From Candidatus Spongiihabitans sp. (GTDB lineage: Bacteria > Pseudomonadota > Gammaproteobacteria > Arenicellales > Poriferihabitantaceae), in NCBI GenBank assembly GCA_965261425.1, contig OZ253452.1, forward strand, positions 481,160-545,159: a stretch of DNA of 64,000 nt, given 5' to 3'. Below are positions 36,263-45,648 of the stretch, piece by piece. Below the pieces are notes generated by a model. That model had not been told where the DNA came from. It saw only the letters and a list, made by a program, of their open reading frames with translations, and ran no database searches. The translations under genes were made by a program, and so were the position numbers. Every line of letters begins with the position of its first letter. Position 1 is the stretch's first letter.

Positions 36263-38040
36263 AGAGTCTGCTCACAAAGTCGGTTTTGGATATTTAAATC
36301 TGTTCCAGCCAAGCAATTGGCACAATCTGTACCCGTCCAATCGCAGTTGGTGTCGCCCAGTGTTCGTTATCGACCTTATCGACCCTATTAGTCGCCTTAT
36401 TTTGGGCACAAAAAAGACCTTCAGCAGGATGAGCAGGTTCATGACTAGGAAAATGCTGTTGATCCATGCAACCGAAGTGTCTGCTCGCTTGGCACGGATG
36501 TAATTCAGTCGATAACCGTTCTTTGCCTGACCAAATTTGCCTTCTATTGGAATCCGTTGTAGGTAATCCGCTCGACGTTGCGCTTTGAGTTGCTTCAACA
36601 CCTCTCGATTCGCTTCTGTTACCTGTTTGGGTCTGCCTAATGGCTTGCCCGAAAAACGGATGCCCAATCCTTTCAAGTAGTGCCGGTTCTCTCGACTACC
36701 ATATATCGGATCACCGATAACGCTTACGGGATAGCAACCATAACGTTCATGGTAACGCTCAACCTGACCCTGCAAATCATGCCCCTCATGAAACGCATCC
36801 CAACTTAAATGATCAACTCGGGATAACCCGTGTGTCGTTAAACTCACGCTCAACTTCGAACCAAACTCAACCGACTTACCTTGCTTACCTCGCACAATCG
36901 GACGCACATACGGTTGATGAATGCTCACAATCCGATTATCACAGCGACGGCTTTTGTTGCGGTACATCTGCCATTGCTGTGCATAGACATGCTGAATGAC
37001 CCAGTAGTGGTATAGCAGCCTGCGTGACAAAGGCAACGCCGTGCCCATCGGGAAACAATCCATTAAACCCTCAATATGACCGACATTGCGCCGCAAGTAT
37101 TGCAGTTGTTGCTTGATCGCTCGTTGGGTCGCTTGACGTTTGGGACGACGCTGTTTGACCAACCCGAGAAAATCTTTACGTGCTTGGCGACGATAGGTGC
37201 GTGGTTTCTGACTGAACTCCGTGTGTGGATACAATTCGTCAATGATCCGTTCCGCCATCTCACGCGCTTCATTCAGTAAACTTAAATCCGTGGGATACCG
37301 TATCGCTTGCTCTGCCACAGTCGCATCGATTATCAACTTACCTTCGTGGCTGGGTGCTTCCACAGTGGTGGCAGGCGAAATTGGGGGATTATCCTCCCCT
37401 TGCGGGTCTTGATTGGGTTCTGGTTTTGGCTCTGGCACGGACTCTGGCTCTGATTCATCACCCGACTTGTTGGTCTGTGTGGATGCCTTCAAACCATCCT
37501 TAACGCTGCGTTGCGGCACGACCTGCGCCTTTTCCACAGCACCAATAATCGCTTGATGGAACACTTCAAAAACAGTATCCCCCATACGCTTGCGTACTTC
37601 AACCAGCAACGAGGGTACAAACGGGACTGATCTTTGATAACCGGCAAGCCCGACAAAGTATTGCAGATACGGATTCTCCTGAATCTGACTCACCGTTTCC
37701 CGATCAGACAACCCTAGTTTGTGTTTGATGATCACCGCACCGATGATTAAACGAGCATCTTTTGCTGCCCGACCCCGCTTTGACGAGAGGCTTTTATGAT
37801 AGCCCTGTGCTAACCCATCCCATGGAATGCACTGACCTAGTTTCACCCAGCGGTTGTGTGCATCAAGAGCGGTGTGAAACGGCCAGTCAAATTCTGCGAT
37901 AGTACGTTGGTTGGAATCGTTATAATCAATCATAGCTGCAAGGTTTTAGAGGTTATTGGGCTGATTTCCATGCAGAATTATACCACAAAATCACTATTAC
38001 TTGTTTATATTCAGATAGATATATTTTATGAGCAGGGTCT
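36263..38040 (-). mobile_element. IS5/IS1182-like insertion sequence, copy B (intact)
   Basis: Ends AGAGTCTGCTCACAAAG ... TTTTATGAGCAGGGTCT. It contains one uninterrupted transposase ORF. The flanks (AGAT / AAAG) do not match each other. Confidence 0.9.
36272..37933 (-). CDS. IS5/IS1182-family transposase (DUF772-type N-terminus + DDE domain)
   Basis: 553 aa. The N-terminal block GRAAKDARLIIGAVIIKHKLGLSDRETVSQIQENPYLQYFVGL is typical of this transposase group. Confidence 0.85.
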   Translation of the reverse strand: MIDYNDSNQRTIAEFDWPFHTALDAHNRWVKLGQCIPWDGLAQGYHKSLSSKRGRAAKDARLIIGAVIIKHKLGLSDRETVSQIQENPYLQYFVGLAGYQRSVPFVPSLLVEVRKRMGDTVFEVFHQAIIGAVEKAQVVPQRSVKDGLKASTQTNKSGDESEPESVPEPKPEPNQDPQGEDNPPISPATTVEAPSHEGKLIIDATVAEQAIRYPTDLSLLNEAREMAERIIDELYPHTEFSQKPRTYRRQARKDFLGLVKQRRPKRQATQRAIKQQLQYLRRNVGHIEGLMDCFPMGTALPLSRRLLYHYWVIQHVYAQQWQMYRNKSRRCDNRIVSIHQPYVRPIVRGKQGKSVEFGSKLSVSLTTHGLSRVDHLSWDAFHEGHDLQGQVERYHERYGCYPVSVIGDPIYGSRENRHYLKGLGIRFSGKPLGRPKQVTEANREVLKQLKAQRRADYLQRIPIEGKFGQAKNGYRLNYIRAKRADTSVAWINSIFLVMNLLILLKVFFVPKIRRLIGSIRSITNTGRHQLRLDGYRLCQLLGWNRFKYPKPTL

Positions 38041-38183
38041 AAAGTAAGTGTAATGTAATGCTTAATTTCGGGTTCTTGAGTGAGTGCCGATTGTTCGGAG
38101 ATGTTTTGCAACTTATTATTTCAGATTTATTATCCAGTTATCCACAAAGTTATCCACAGATGGAGGGGGTGGGGAAAAAACCA

Positions 38184-38981
38184 TTAACCAAGCGACCTGT
38201 GAGGCATCCGCCGACATAGGGTGAGCATGAAAATCACACTCGCACCGATGACGATGGACGGTCCCGCCGGGGTATCCCAGAAAAACGATATAGCCAAACC
38301 GAATATTACTGCCAAAGTTCCGATGAGCATGGCAGAAAATGCCATTTGCTCTGGAGAAGTGGCAAATCGGCGGGCAGCCGCAGCGGGGATAATGAGTAGC
38401 GATACAATCAACAGAATCCCTACGATTTGCATAGAAATGGCAACGACAAAACTCAATAAAACCAAAAACGTCAAACGAACTTTATTTTCGTTAATGCCAT
38501 CAACCAGCGCAAGGTCGCGTTGTATGATGAGTGATAACAGGGCACGCCATATCCAAAATAGGCTACCCAAGACCGCGCCACCGCCAGCGTATATCCAGAT
38601 AATGTCGTGCCAGCTAATAGAGAGAATATCGCCGAATAAATAACCCATGAGATCGACTCGCAGGGTGGGCATCAAGCTCAAAATGAGAATGCCCAATGCC
38701 AAAGCGGTGTGCGCGAGGATGCCCAGTGCCGTATCCGAAGACAAATCTTTGTACCGTTGCATCAACATCATTAAGCCAGAAACAAGGATGCAGATGAGCA
38801 AGATTGAGATGTATAAATTGATGCGAAAATAAAGTCCCAAAGCGACTCCGAGCAGGGCAGCATGGGCTAATGCCGCGCCAAAATAGGACATTCGTTGCCA
38901 GACCACAAGACAGCCTAGGGGAGCGCAAATAATGGCGACCCCGACCCCGCCAAGCAGTGCGCGAATCAGAAATTCACTCAT
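38184..38981 (-). CDS. znuB: Zinc ABC transporter permease
   Basis: ABC-3 family permease (LLGGVGVAIICAPLGCLVVWQRMSYFGAALAHAALLGVALG). I place the start at the ATG at 38981 (MSEFLIR), which overlaps the znuC stop by 8 nt. Confidence 0.9.
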   Translation of the reverse strand: MSEFLIRALLGGVGVAIICAPLGCLVVWQRMSYFGAALAHAALLGVALGLYFRINLYISILLICILVSGLMMLMQRYKDLSSDTALGILAHTALALGILILSLMPTLRVDLMGYLFGDILSISWHDIIWIYAGGGAVLGSLFWIWRALLSLIIQRDLALVDGINENKVRLTFLVLLSFVVAISMQIVGILLIVSLLIIPAAAARRFATSPEQMAFSAMLIGTLAVIFGLAISFFWDTPAGPSIVIGASVIFMLTLCRRMPHRSLG

Positions 38982-39735
38982 TGTGGTTTGCGTTGTCGGT
39001 TTGAATATCACCATGAATATTATGCTCATGATCATGGCGATGGCGATAAATACCCAGCTCACTCGCATCTTTGTGACCAAACAGCGAAACGAATTCGGGG
39101 TGTTGCTGGACATCTTTTGGTGTTCCCGAACAACACAAATGACGATTCAGACAAATCACCCTGTCGGTTGCTGCCATAACCACATGCAGGTTGTGGGAGA
39201 CCAGTAACACACCGCAGTGAAAGCAATCCCGGATCCACTGAATCAATGCATATAAAGTAGCCTGACCGCTGACATCAACGCCAGAAGTCGGCTCATCAAG
39301 AATCAACAAATCGGGCTTATTCAACAAAGCGCGTGCTAGCAGAACACGCCGCATTTCGCCGCCGGAAATATCTTGGAGTAATTTTTGTGGCAGTTTTTCA
39401 GCACCAACCTGATGGAGCACGTCCGCGATGGTTTCATTGGTGGTGGTTTTCGTGCCAGCGATTTCAAGAAAGCGTTTTACCGATACCGGCAGACTCTGTT
39501 CCGGGTTCACCGATTGCGGGACATAGCCAATGTGCAAACTGTGTGCGGTAACGACCGAACCTTGGTCCGGCTTGATGAGTTTCAAAGCGATTTTTATCAG
39601 TGTGCTTTTGCCCGCGCCATTCGGCCCAATCAGGGTTACAATTTCGTTGCGCGATACCGTCAAGTTAATGCCTTCAAGGATAATGGCATTATTTCGTTTC
39701 ATGCTGATATTGTGCAACTCAATCAGGTGGTCCAT
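38974..39735 (-). CDS. znuC: Zinc ABC transporter ATP-binding protein
   Basis: Walker A GPNGAGKST, signature ISGGEMRR and Walker B LLILDEP. His-rich C-terminal tail (HRHDHEHNIHGD). Confidence 0.9.
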   Translation of the reverse strand: MDHLIELHNISMKRNNAIILEGINLTVSRNEIVTLIGPNGAGKSTLIKIALKLIKPDQGSVVTAHSLHIGYVPQSVNPEQSLPVSVKRFLEIAGTKTTTNETIADVLHQVGAEKLPQKLLQDISGGEMRRVLLARALLNKPDLLILDEPTSGVDVSGQATLYALIQWIRDCFHCGVLLVSHNLHVVMAATDRVICLNRHLCCSGTPKDVQQHPEFVSLFGHKDASELGIYRHRHDHEHNIHGDIQTDNANHNE

Positions 39736-39844
39736 TTTCTCTGCTAATATTGTGCGGGTGAGTTGAATGATGTAAAGGCATCAAGATATAATCAGCATGA
39801 TAGGATATATTGCACAGAGTATAGCACAGCCTGAAATACATCCA

Positions 39845-40125
39845 ACAAACCCGCAAGGTACATAATTACGAATTACGAAAAACATGGACATGGATAACAG
39901 GATGGACAAGATAAGCAGTTGGCAGTTATCAATATTCAATTAAAAATCCGTCTTTCCCGAAGCCTGTCCCCGCGCAGGCGGGGAGCAGGAATCCAGTAAA
40001 ACACACAAACCAACATCCGTCTTTCCTGCGAAAGCAGGAATCCAGTAAAACAAGCAAACCCGCAAGGGTTTTCCACATGTAATGCGACCGTGGGGGTCTT
40101 GCACGGTCTCTAAAATCCCGCTTCC
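39845..40125 (-). repeat. Dispersed repeat family cluster in the znuC-znuA divergent intergenic region
   Basis: Contains (AATTACG)2 at 39864-39877. The long hairpin form (CCGTCTTTCCCGAAGCCTGTCCCCGCGCAGGCGGGGAGCAGGAATCCAGTAAAAC) is directly followed by the short form (CCGTCTTTCCTGC-GAAA-GCAGGAATCCAGTAAAAC). The AAACCCGCAAGGGTTTTCCACATGTAA and CTTGCACGGTCTC modules follow. Confidence 0.9.
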
Positions 40126-40128
40126 GAG

Positions 40129-41115
40129 ATGATAAGATATTTTTACACTTTGCTTTATATGGTTCAGGTTTGTATTGGTTTGTTGCTGTCAGCACCGCTT
40201 CAAGCCGGGTTGAATGTGGTGGCATCAATCGCGCCTGTTCATTCTCTGCTGGCGGGGGTGATGGAGGGGGTCGGCACTCAGGGCTGGTCGCCGAAATTAT
40301 TGATTCCGGTCGGGCAGTCACCACATGATTACGCGCTCAGACCTTCTGCGGTTAAGGATATCTATCATGCCGATTTGATTGTTTGGATTGGCTCGGATTA
40401 TGAAACGGCACTGAGTGATGTGATTGGCGATGTGAGTACTCAGGCGAGCAAGCAGCATGTCGTTAAATCTCTCAGCAGTGTGCGCGAATTAAAAGCCTAT
40501 CCAGTCAGAACAGGCGCGTTTTGGGAGCCCGATTCGGAACATGAAAATGAGGACAATGAAGATGACGACCATCAAGACGGACACGCCGAGCAACATCCGC
40601 GATATATCGATTCGCATTTTTGGCTTTCCACCACCAACGCCAAAATCATGGTCAAGCTGTTTCGCACTTGGCTCACCGAGATTGATCCTGCAAACACACC
40701 CCTCTATCAGCGCAATGCCGAGCGTTTAATGACAAGAATCGACAGATTACAAAGCCATCTGCAGCAACAGCTCCAATCGGTAACAGCCAGCCCATACCTC
40801 GTGTTTCACGATGCCTATCAATATTTTGAAAAGCAGTTCAAGCTAAATCCATTAGGATCAATCACTCTCAATCCAACAACGCCCCCCGGCGTAAAACGGA
40901 TTCAAGCCATCCGAAAAATGATTGCCGTCAACGGCGTAAAATGCCTGTTCAACGAGCCGCAATTTGAATCAAAATTGATTCCCACTCTGATTGAAAATAC
41001 CGATGTCCGTCTAGGGCAATTAGATCCGCTGGGAACCCATAGTCAACTGGGCGTAGAACTGTGGTTTGAGATTATGGCCGAAATGGGTCAATCACTCAGC
41101 GACTGCCTATTATAA
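40129..41115 (+). CDS. znuA: Zinc ABC transporter periplasmic binding protein
   Basis: Cluster-9 SBP fold with the acidic/His-rich ZnuA loop (EPDSEHENEDNEDDDHQDGHAEQHP) and DSHFW / FHDAYQYF motifs. Confidence 0.9.
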   Translation: MIRYFYTLLYMVQVCIGLLLSAPLQAGLNVVASIAPVHSLLAGVMEGVGTQGWSPKLLIPVGQSPHDYALRPSAVKDIYHADLIVWIGSDYETALSDVIGDVSTQASKQHVVKSLSSVRELKAYPVRTGAFWEPDSEHENEDNEDDDHQDGHAEQHPRYIDSHFWLSTTNAKIMVKLFRTWLTEIDPANTPLYQRNAERLMTRIDRLQSHLQQQLQSVTASPYLVFHDAYQYFEKQFKLNPLGSITLNPTTPPGVKRIQAIRKMIAVNGVKCLFNEPQFESKLIPTLIENTDVRLGQLDPLGTHSQLGVELWFEIMAEMGQSLSDCLL

Positions 41116-41125
41116 GAATTTTCCA

Positions 41126-42064
41126 TTACAATGAAATAGCGGTTGCGAAATTCTCTATATATCTGGCTTCGATATCGCTTTTGCTTGGGTGGTGATTTTG
41201 TGTTCCCAGCTGTTCGATTTTAATGCCACCCATGACCGATGCCAGTTGGGTGGCATTTTGCCAGTGCCATTGGTTTGCTACACCGTAGAGTAATCCTGCT
41301 CTGAAAGCGTCACCACAACCGGTCGGGTCTTTAGTATCGGATACCGAAATGGCAGCAATATGAATCTGGCGGTCATCAGTAAAAATGTCCGCCCCATTGC
41401 CACCCCGCGTAACGATTAAAACATCGACCTGCGCGGCGATTTGGGCAAGACTTTTTGTGGTTTTCTTAATCAGCATTTCCGATTCATACTCGTTGACCAC
41501 CACATAGTTTGCTTGGGAAATAAACCGATTGAGTGCATCACCATCAAACATCGTTAAGCCCTGACCGGGGTCAAAGAAAAACGGGATGTTGGCATCAGCC
41601 AATTGTGTGGCATGCCCGATCATCGCATCACGACCGTCCGGAGCGACTATGGCAAGATCAATATTATCGATATTGTCAATTTTATTCTCGTGAGCATGAT
41701 CCATCGCCCCCGGGTGAAAGGCAATAATCTGATTATTGTCAGTGTCCGTGATCATAAATGCCTGCGCTGTATTGATGTCTGGAATTTCTGTTACATGGCG
41801 GTGATTGATACCAATGTCGGTCAGCCATTGACGATAAGGCGAAAAATCCACCCCCACTGTTGCCATAGGAATGGGCTCGCCGCCAAGCAAATGCAGGTTA
41901 TAGGCAATATTGCCCGCGCAACCACCGAATTCCTTTCGCATCTCGGGAACCAGAAAGCAGACGTTGAGAATATCCATCTGCTCGGCAAGAATATGGTTTT
42001 TGAATTGATCCCGAAACACCATAATCGTGTCATAGGCGAATGAACCGGTGATTAAGGTGGGCAT
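41126..42064 (-). CDS. PfkB-family carbohydrate/nucleoside kinase
   Basis: 312 aa with GG dipeptide (GGCAGN) and the C-terminal anion-hole motif DPTGCGDAFRAGLLYG. Confidence 0.8.
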   Translation of the reverse strand: MPTLITGSFAYDTIMVFRDQFKNHILAEQMDILNVCFLVPEMRKEFGGCAGNIAYNLHLLGGEPIPMATVGVDFSPYRQWLTDIGINHRHVTEIPDINTAQAFMITDTDNNQIIAFHPGAMDHAHENKIDNIDNIDLAIVAPDGRDAMIGHATQLADANIPFFFDPGQGLTMFDGDALNRFISQANYVVVNEYESEMLIKKTTKSLAQIAAQVDVLIVTRGGNGADIFTDDRQIHIAAISVSDTKDPTGCGDAFRAGLLYGVANQWHWQNATQLASVMGGIKIEQLGTQNHHPSKSDIEARYIENFATAISL

Positions 42065-42100
42065 AAGGTAATTACGAATCTAAAAGACTTGACACGGACG

Positions 42101-42550
42101 ACCGCCATGGACGGTGGAAGTGCAGATTATGCAGGAGCAATTATCTGCCTGCCGCCATGGACGGTGGAAGTGCAGATTATACAGGAGCAATTATCTGCCT
42201 GCCGCCATGGACGGTGGAAGTGCAGATTATGCAGGAGCAATTATCTGCCTGCCGCCATGGACGGTGGAAGTGCAGATTATGCAGGAGCAATTATCTGCCT
42301 GCCGCCATGGACGGTGGAAGTGCAGATTATGCAGGAGCAATTATCTGCCTGCCGCCATGGACGGTGGAAGTGCAGATTATGCAGGAGCAATTATCTGCCT
42401 GCCGCCATGGACGGTGGAAGTGCAGATTATGCAGGAGCAATTATCTGCCTGCCGCCATGGACGGTGGAAGTGCAGATTATGCAGGAGCAATTATCTGCCT
42501 GCCGCCATGGACGGTGGAAGTGCAGATTATGCAGGAGCAATTATCTGCCT
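42101..42550 (-). repeat. 50-bp tandem repeat, 9 copies (amplified sub-module of the composite repeat)
   Basis: The unit CCATGGACGGTGGAAGTGCAGATTATGCAGGAGCAATTATCTGCCTGCCG starts every 50 bp from 42107 to 42507. Copies are identical except one G>A at 42181. The unit is the reverse complement of AGGCAGATAATTGCTCCTGCATAATCTGCACTTCCACC(T/G)TCCATGG found once in the copies at ~3530-3640 and ~7000-7030. Confidence 0.95.
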
Positions 42551-42552
42551 AA

Positions 42553-42750
42553 TGAGACTGTGCAAAAAACCAATATCCGTCATTCCTGCGAAAACAGGAA
42601 TCCAGTAAAACAGCCAAACCCGCAAGGGTTTTCTACATGTAACATGCGCTAGCTTGGGGTTTTTGCACAGTCTCTACTGCATGGATGCAGGAGGTACGAC
42701 CCCAGGAAGCCAAAGCCGAGACCACAGAGGAGCTTTGTGAATTACGAATT
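42553..42750 (-). repeat. Dispersed repeat family modules adjoining the 50-bp array
   Basis: GAGACTGTGCAAAAAACC, CCGTCATTCCTG-CGAAAA-CAGGAATCCAGTAAAACAGCCAAACCCGCAAGGGTTTTCTACATGTAAC, TTTTTGCACAGTCTC, the CTGCATGGATGCAGGAGGTAC...CCAAAGCCGAGA module, and terminal GAATTACGAAT, which contains the fur stop codon. Confidence 0.9.
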
Positions 42751-43170
42751 GGTTTGTGAACTATTTTGACAGCGTTTACAAACACCATAGAGCGTCAGAG
42801 AGTGGTCCTGCAACGAAAAGCCATGTTCGCTTGCCACTTTTTCCTGCAAAGACTCAATTCTGTTGTCAACAAATTCAGTAACCCGACCACATTGTGCGCA
42901 GATCATGTGATCGTGATGGTCTTCATCATTCAGTTCAAAAACAGACCGCTCGCCTTCAAAATGATGCCGGATCACCAGACCGGCATCCTCAAACTGAGTC
43001 AACACCCGATACACCGTAGCAAGCCCAACCGAGTCGCCCTCATTGAGCAATTCCCGATACACATCCTCCGCCGAGAGATGACGTATCTTGCTGTTCTCAA
43101 GGATAGCGAGCACCCGCAACCGCGGCAGAGTGGTTTTTAATCCTGCTTGTTTAAGGTCGGAACTGTCCAT
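42742..43170 (-). CDS. fur: Ferric uptake regulator
   Basis: 142 aa, closely colinear with E. coli Fur. Shared blocks are AGLKTTLPRLRVLAIL, SAEDVYRELL, GLATVYRVLTQFEDAGLV, HHDHMICAQCGRVTEF and the C-terminal CKRC. Confidence 0.92.
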   Translation of the reverse strand: MDSSDLKQAGLKTTLPRLRVLAILENSKIRHLSAEDVYRELLNEGDSVGLATVYRVLTQFEDAGLVIRHHFEGERSVFELNDEDHHDHMICAQCGRVTEFVDNRIESLQEKVASEHGFSLQDHSLTLYGVCKRCQNSSQTNS

Positions 43171-43328
43171 GTGGGGATTGTAGCAGAATTGTTGTTAGGG
43201 ATTGTCATGCGAAAAGATTTTAACACAGACACAAAAAGAATTATGAATTACGAGAGTCATTTGAGATTGTGCAAGAAAACCTCGTCAATACTTAATAATC
43301 TGTCACGGAGCTGATCCCGCAGACCGGC

Positions 43329-43982
43329 TTAACTTGCTTGAGCAAGCAGTTCACAGTCGAAATATGTATAGAATCGATTGATGCGGCGACGCAATTTTTG
43401 ACGACGTGCTGAAGTAGACCAGCGTGAAATTTTAATCCATTCTTTGTTAGCCATTTCACCTTCAAGATCCGGGGTTTTTACCTCACAGTACTTGTGGTTC
43501 TGAACCACAAGAATGTTCGTTGGATTCCAGTCATACATTGGTAGGGCATGCTCGATGACACAATCTGTGATATTCAGAAGGTCAACCCGAATCTGAAGAA
43601 GCTGACCCTTTGATAACTCACCTTTTAACTGTAGGAGGTTCCGGCTAGGTTCTCCGTTACCATCAAGAAACAGTTCTTCAACCAAGCCAACCCCACGATT
43701 GGACTGAACCAAACCATCAATATGGGGGATATATGGATGCAGAACGGATGAAATCTCCTCATTGTCAATTAGGTTCAACCAAAAATGGTACTCCTGCACA
43801 TTAATATTAAACCTATCGAATTGAGTCCCAAGCAGTATTCGAAAGGTTTTGGCAATAGACGTAAGAGGGATTTCGCACAATTGGCGGTAAACCTTCACAC
43901 AACGGGATTTGTCGTATGGATGTCTATAACAAGCCCGCATCCCTCTGCGAGCTATCAATAAATCATCAGTCAGAATTAACAT
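43329..43982 (-). CDS. YrbL family (PhoP regulatory network, kinase-like fold) protein
   Basis: RRGMRACYRHPYDKSRCVKV matches the YrbL N-terminal motif G-x-x-R-x-C-Y-x-H-P-x-D-x-x-R-C-I-K. The C-terminal part (WNPTNILVV...ISRWSTSARRQKLRRRINRF) is colinear with E. coli YrbL. I prefer the ATG at 43982 over the TTG at 44018. Confidence 0.65.
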   Translation of the reverse strand: MLILTDDLLIARRGMRACYRHPYDKSRCVKVYRQLCEIPLTSIAKTFRILLGTQFDRFNINVQEYHFWLNLIDNEEISSVLHPYIPHIDGLVQSNRGVGLVEELFLDGNGEPSRNLLQLKGELSKGQLLQIRVDLLNITDCVIEHALPMYDWNPTNILVVQNHKYCEVKTPDLEGEMANKEWIKISRWSTSARRQKLRRRINRFYTYFDCELLAQAS

Positions 43983-44213
43983 AATTGAATTGGTCTGGGC
44001 GCAGTTCCTGTGAGACAAACAGGTTACCTTCTTCGAGTGTTGATAATACTAAAAAGGGGTTACTAAATCGAGTGAATCATAATTGATGCTACAAGATGAG
44101 GTTTAGGCGGCAAATCTCCGCTGTTATGACATAAGAGGCTTCATCCGATCGTGCTGACAAAATAGCTATATGAGATCTTTGCATAATTGTCGGAAGTGCG
44201 ACAAGACTGTATA

Positions 44214-45365
44214 ATACCAACGGCTCTATTGATTGACTGTTTTGGCCCAATTACGTGATGTGATTGCCTGTTTGTCCTCTGCGAAGAAATTCCAGGCATC
44301 ACAGCATTTGTCGACAATCTCATCGTAGGATTCAAACACAGAGATTGCCAGCTTGTTGGCGCGCAGGTAGGCCCAAACGTTTTCCATCGGGTTGAGTTCT
44401 GGCGCATAGGGCGGGAGTTTGAGCAGGGTGATGTTGTCTGGCACTTCCAGTTTTGCTGATCCGTGCCAGCCTGCACCGTCGAGGATGAGCAAGGCATGGG
44501 CACCTGCCGCGACCGTCCTGGCGATCTCGCACAGATGTGCATTCATAGCGGACGTGTCCGCATGCGGCATGATCAGCGCAGCAGCCTCGGCGCGTTCGGG
44601 ACAAACCGCGCCGAAGATATAGCCCGACGTATAACGTGTATCACGCGGCGCACGCGGCCGGGTTCCCCGTTCGGCCCATATACGTGTCAGCGTCCCTTGC
44701 TGACCCACACGAGCTTCGTCCTGAAACCAAATCTCCAATGGTTTGCCGCAGGCCGTTTTGGGCAGAACGGCCGCTACCTCTGCAGCGAAGTTTTTTTAAA
44801 CGCATCCTGCGCATCCGGGTCGGATTTCGGATGCTGCGGGCGCACAGACAAGCGTCGAAAACCAAGTTTTACCAGTTGTTTGCTAACGGTCCGCTCATGC
44901 ATGACAACGCCAAAGTGCTCCTCAATCTTGCGCTTGAGGTCAATGCGCCGCCAGCGCACCACGCCGTCCGTTTCGGGATCCGGCCCCTCACACACAAGCG
45001 ATGCCAACTCCGCCTTCTGTGCCACGCTGAGCAGGGGCTGCCGTCCTGGCGAACGCCGGTTCGAGAGACCCTCAATCCCCGTGTCATTGTAACGGTGTAC
45101 CCAGTCACGCAACGTCTGGCGGTCCATCCCGCAGTTCTCGGCCGCCGTCTTGCGGTCAGTGCCGTCCAAAATCAACGCAATCGCCAGCATCCGTCGGGCC
45201 GCTTTCGCGTCCCTGCACGCCGCTGCGGCGCACCGAAGATCGCAGGCCGACTTGTCCGTTCGCATAATCTCTACTGTCATTAATACCTCCTATGATGATG
45301 ACTACTGAATCACTTTAAATTCCCCGTGGAAAGCACAAAGTGTTAAATCCTTGGGCCGTTGGTAT
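44214..45365 (-). mobile_element. IS630-family insertion sequence, copy 2 (inserted into a dispersed-repeat element)
   Basis: Same terminal repeats as copy 1, with a few SNPs and a 9-bp indel (ITSITSRNW versus ITSRNW). The flanks 44180-44213 and 45366-45400 together reconstitute the left end of the composite repeat seen at 3221-3290. Confidence 0.9.
44226..45280 (-). CDS. IS630-family transposase (orfA + orfB, A7 frameshift site at 44791-44797)
   Basis: orfA is 44774-45280 and orfB is 44226-44738. The slippery run is the same as in copy 1. Confidence 0.85.
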
Positions 45366-45520
45366 AAGAGTCTCGGTCGCGTTATATGTGGAAAACCCTT
45401 GCGGGTTTGTACGTTTTACTGGATTCCTGCTCCCCGCCTGCGCGGGGACAGGCTTCGCAGGAATGACGGATGTTGGTTTTTTGCACAGTCTCCTGCGCGG
45501 GAACGACGAAATATTGATTT
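45366..45520 (+). repeat. Dispersed repeat family instance (long hairpin form + variant arm)
   Basis: TGTGGAAAACCCTTGCGGGTTTG, TTTTACTGGATTCCTGCTCCCCGCCTGCGCGGGGACAGGCTTCGCAGGAATGACGG, TTTTTTGCACAGTCTC and CTGCGCGGGAACGACGAAATATTGATTTTTACA. Confidence 0.9.
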
Positions 45521-45648
45521 TTACATACCCCATAAAGTCCTACCTCAATCATTTTTTGAATTATGCAAAGGTCTCTATATGTTGATTAACAAATAGTGCA
45601 TACTCTGGATATTCAAAAACATCCTAAAATATCAGCAAAGGTGACAAC

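Noticed and set aside
36263-38040. A target-site duplication for the intact IS5/IS1182-like copy B.
   Set aside because: The flanks are AGAT and AAAG and do not match, unlike AAAT/AAAT around copy A. This may reflect recombination between copies or insertion into the IS256 remnant followed by rearrangement. No TSD is claimed.
42101-42550. Possible CRISPR array, considered for the regular 50-bp repeats and also for the 40-bp repeats at 55771-55943.
   Set aside because: The units are directly abutting with no unique spacers between them. No cas genes are in the window. The units are sub-modules of a dispersed repeat family.
42089-42652. Three long overlapping + strand ORFs encoding repetitive MDGGSADYAGAIICLPPWTVEVQIMQEQLSACRHGRWKCRLCRSNYLPA peptides.
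   Set aside because: All three frames are open only because the 50-bp unit lacks stops and 50 is not a multiple of 3. The region has no RBS and sits in an intergenic repeat context. I treat these as artefacts.
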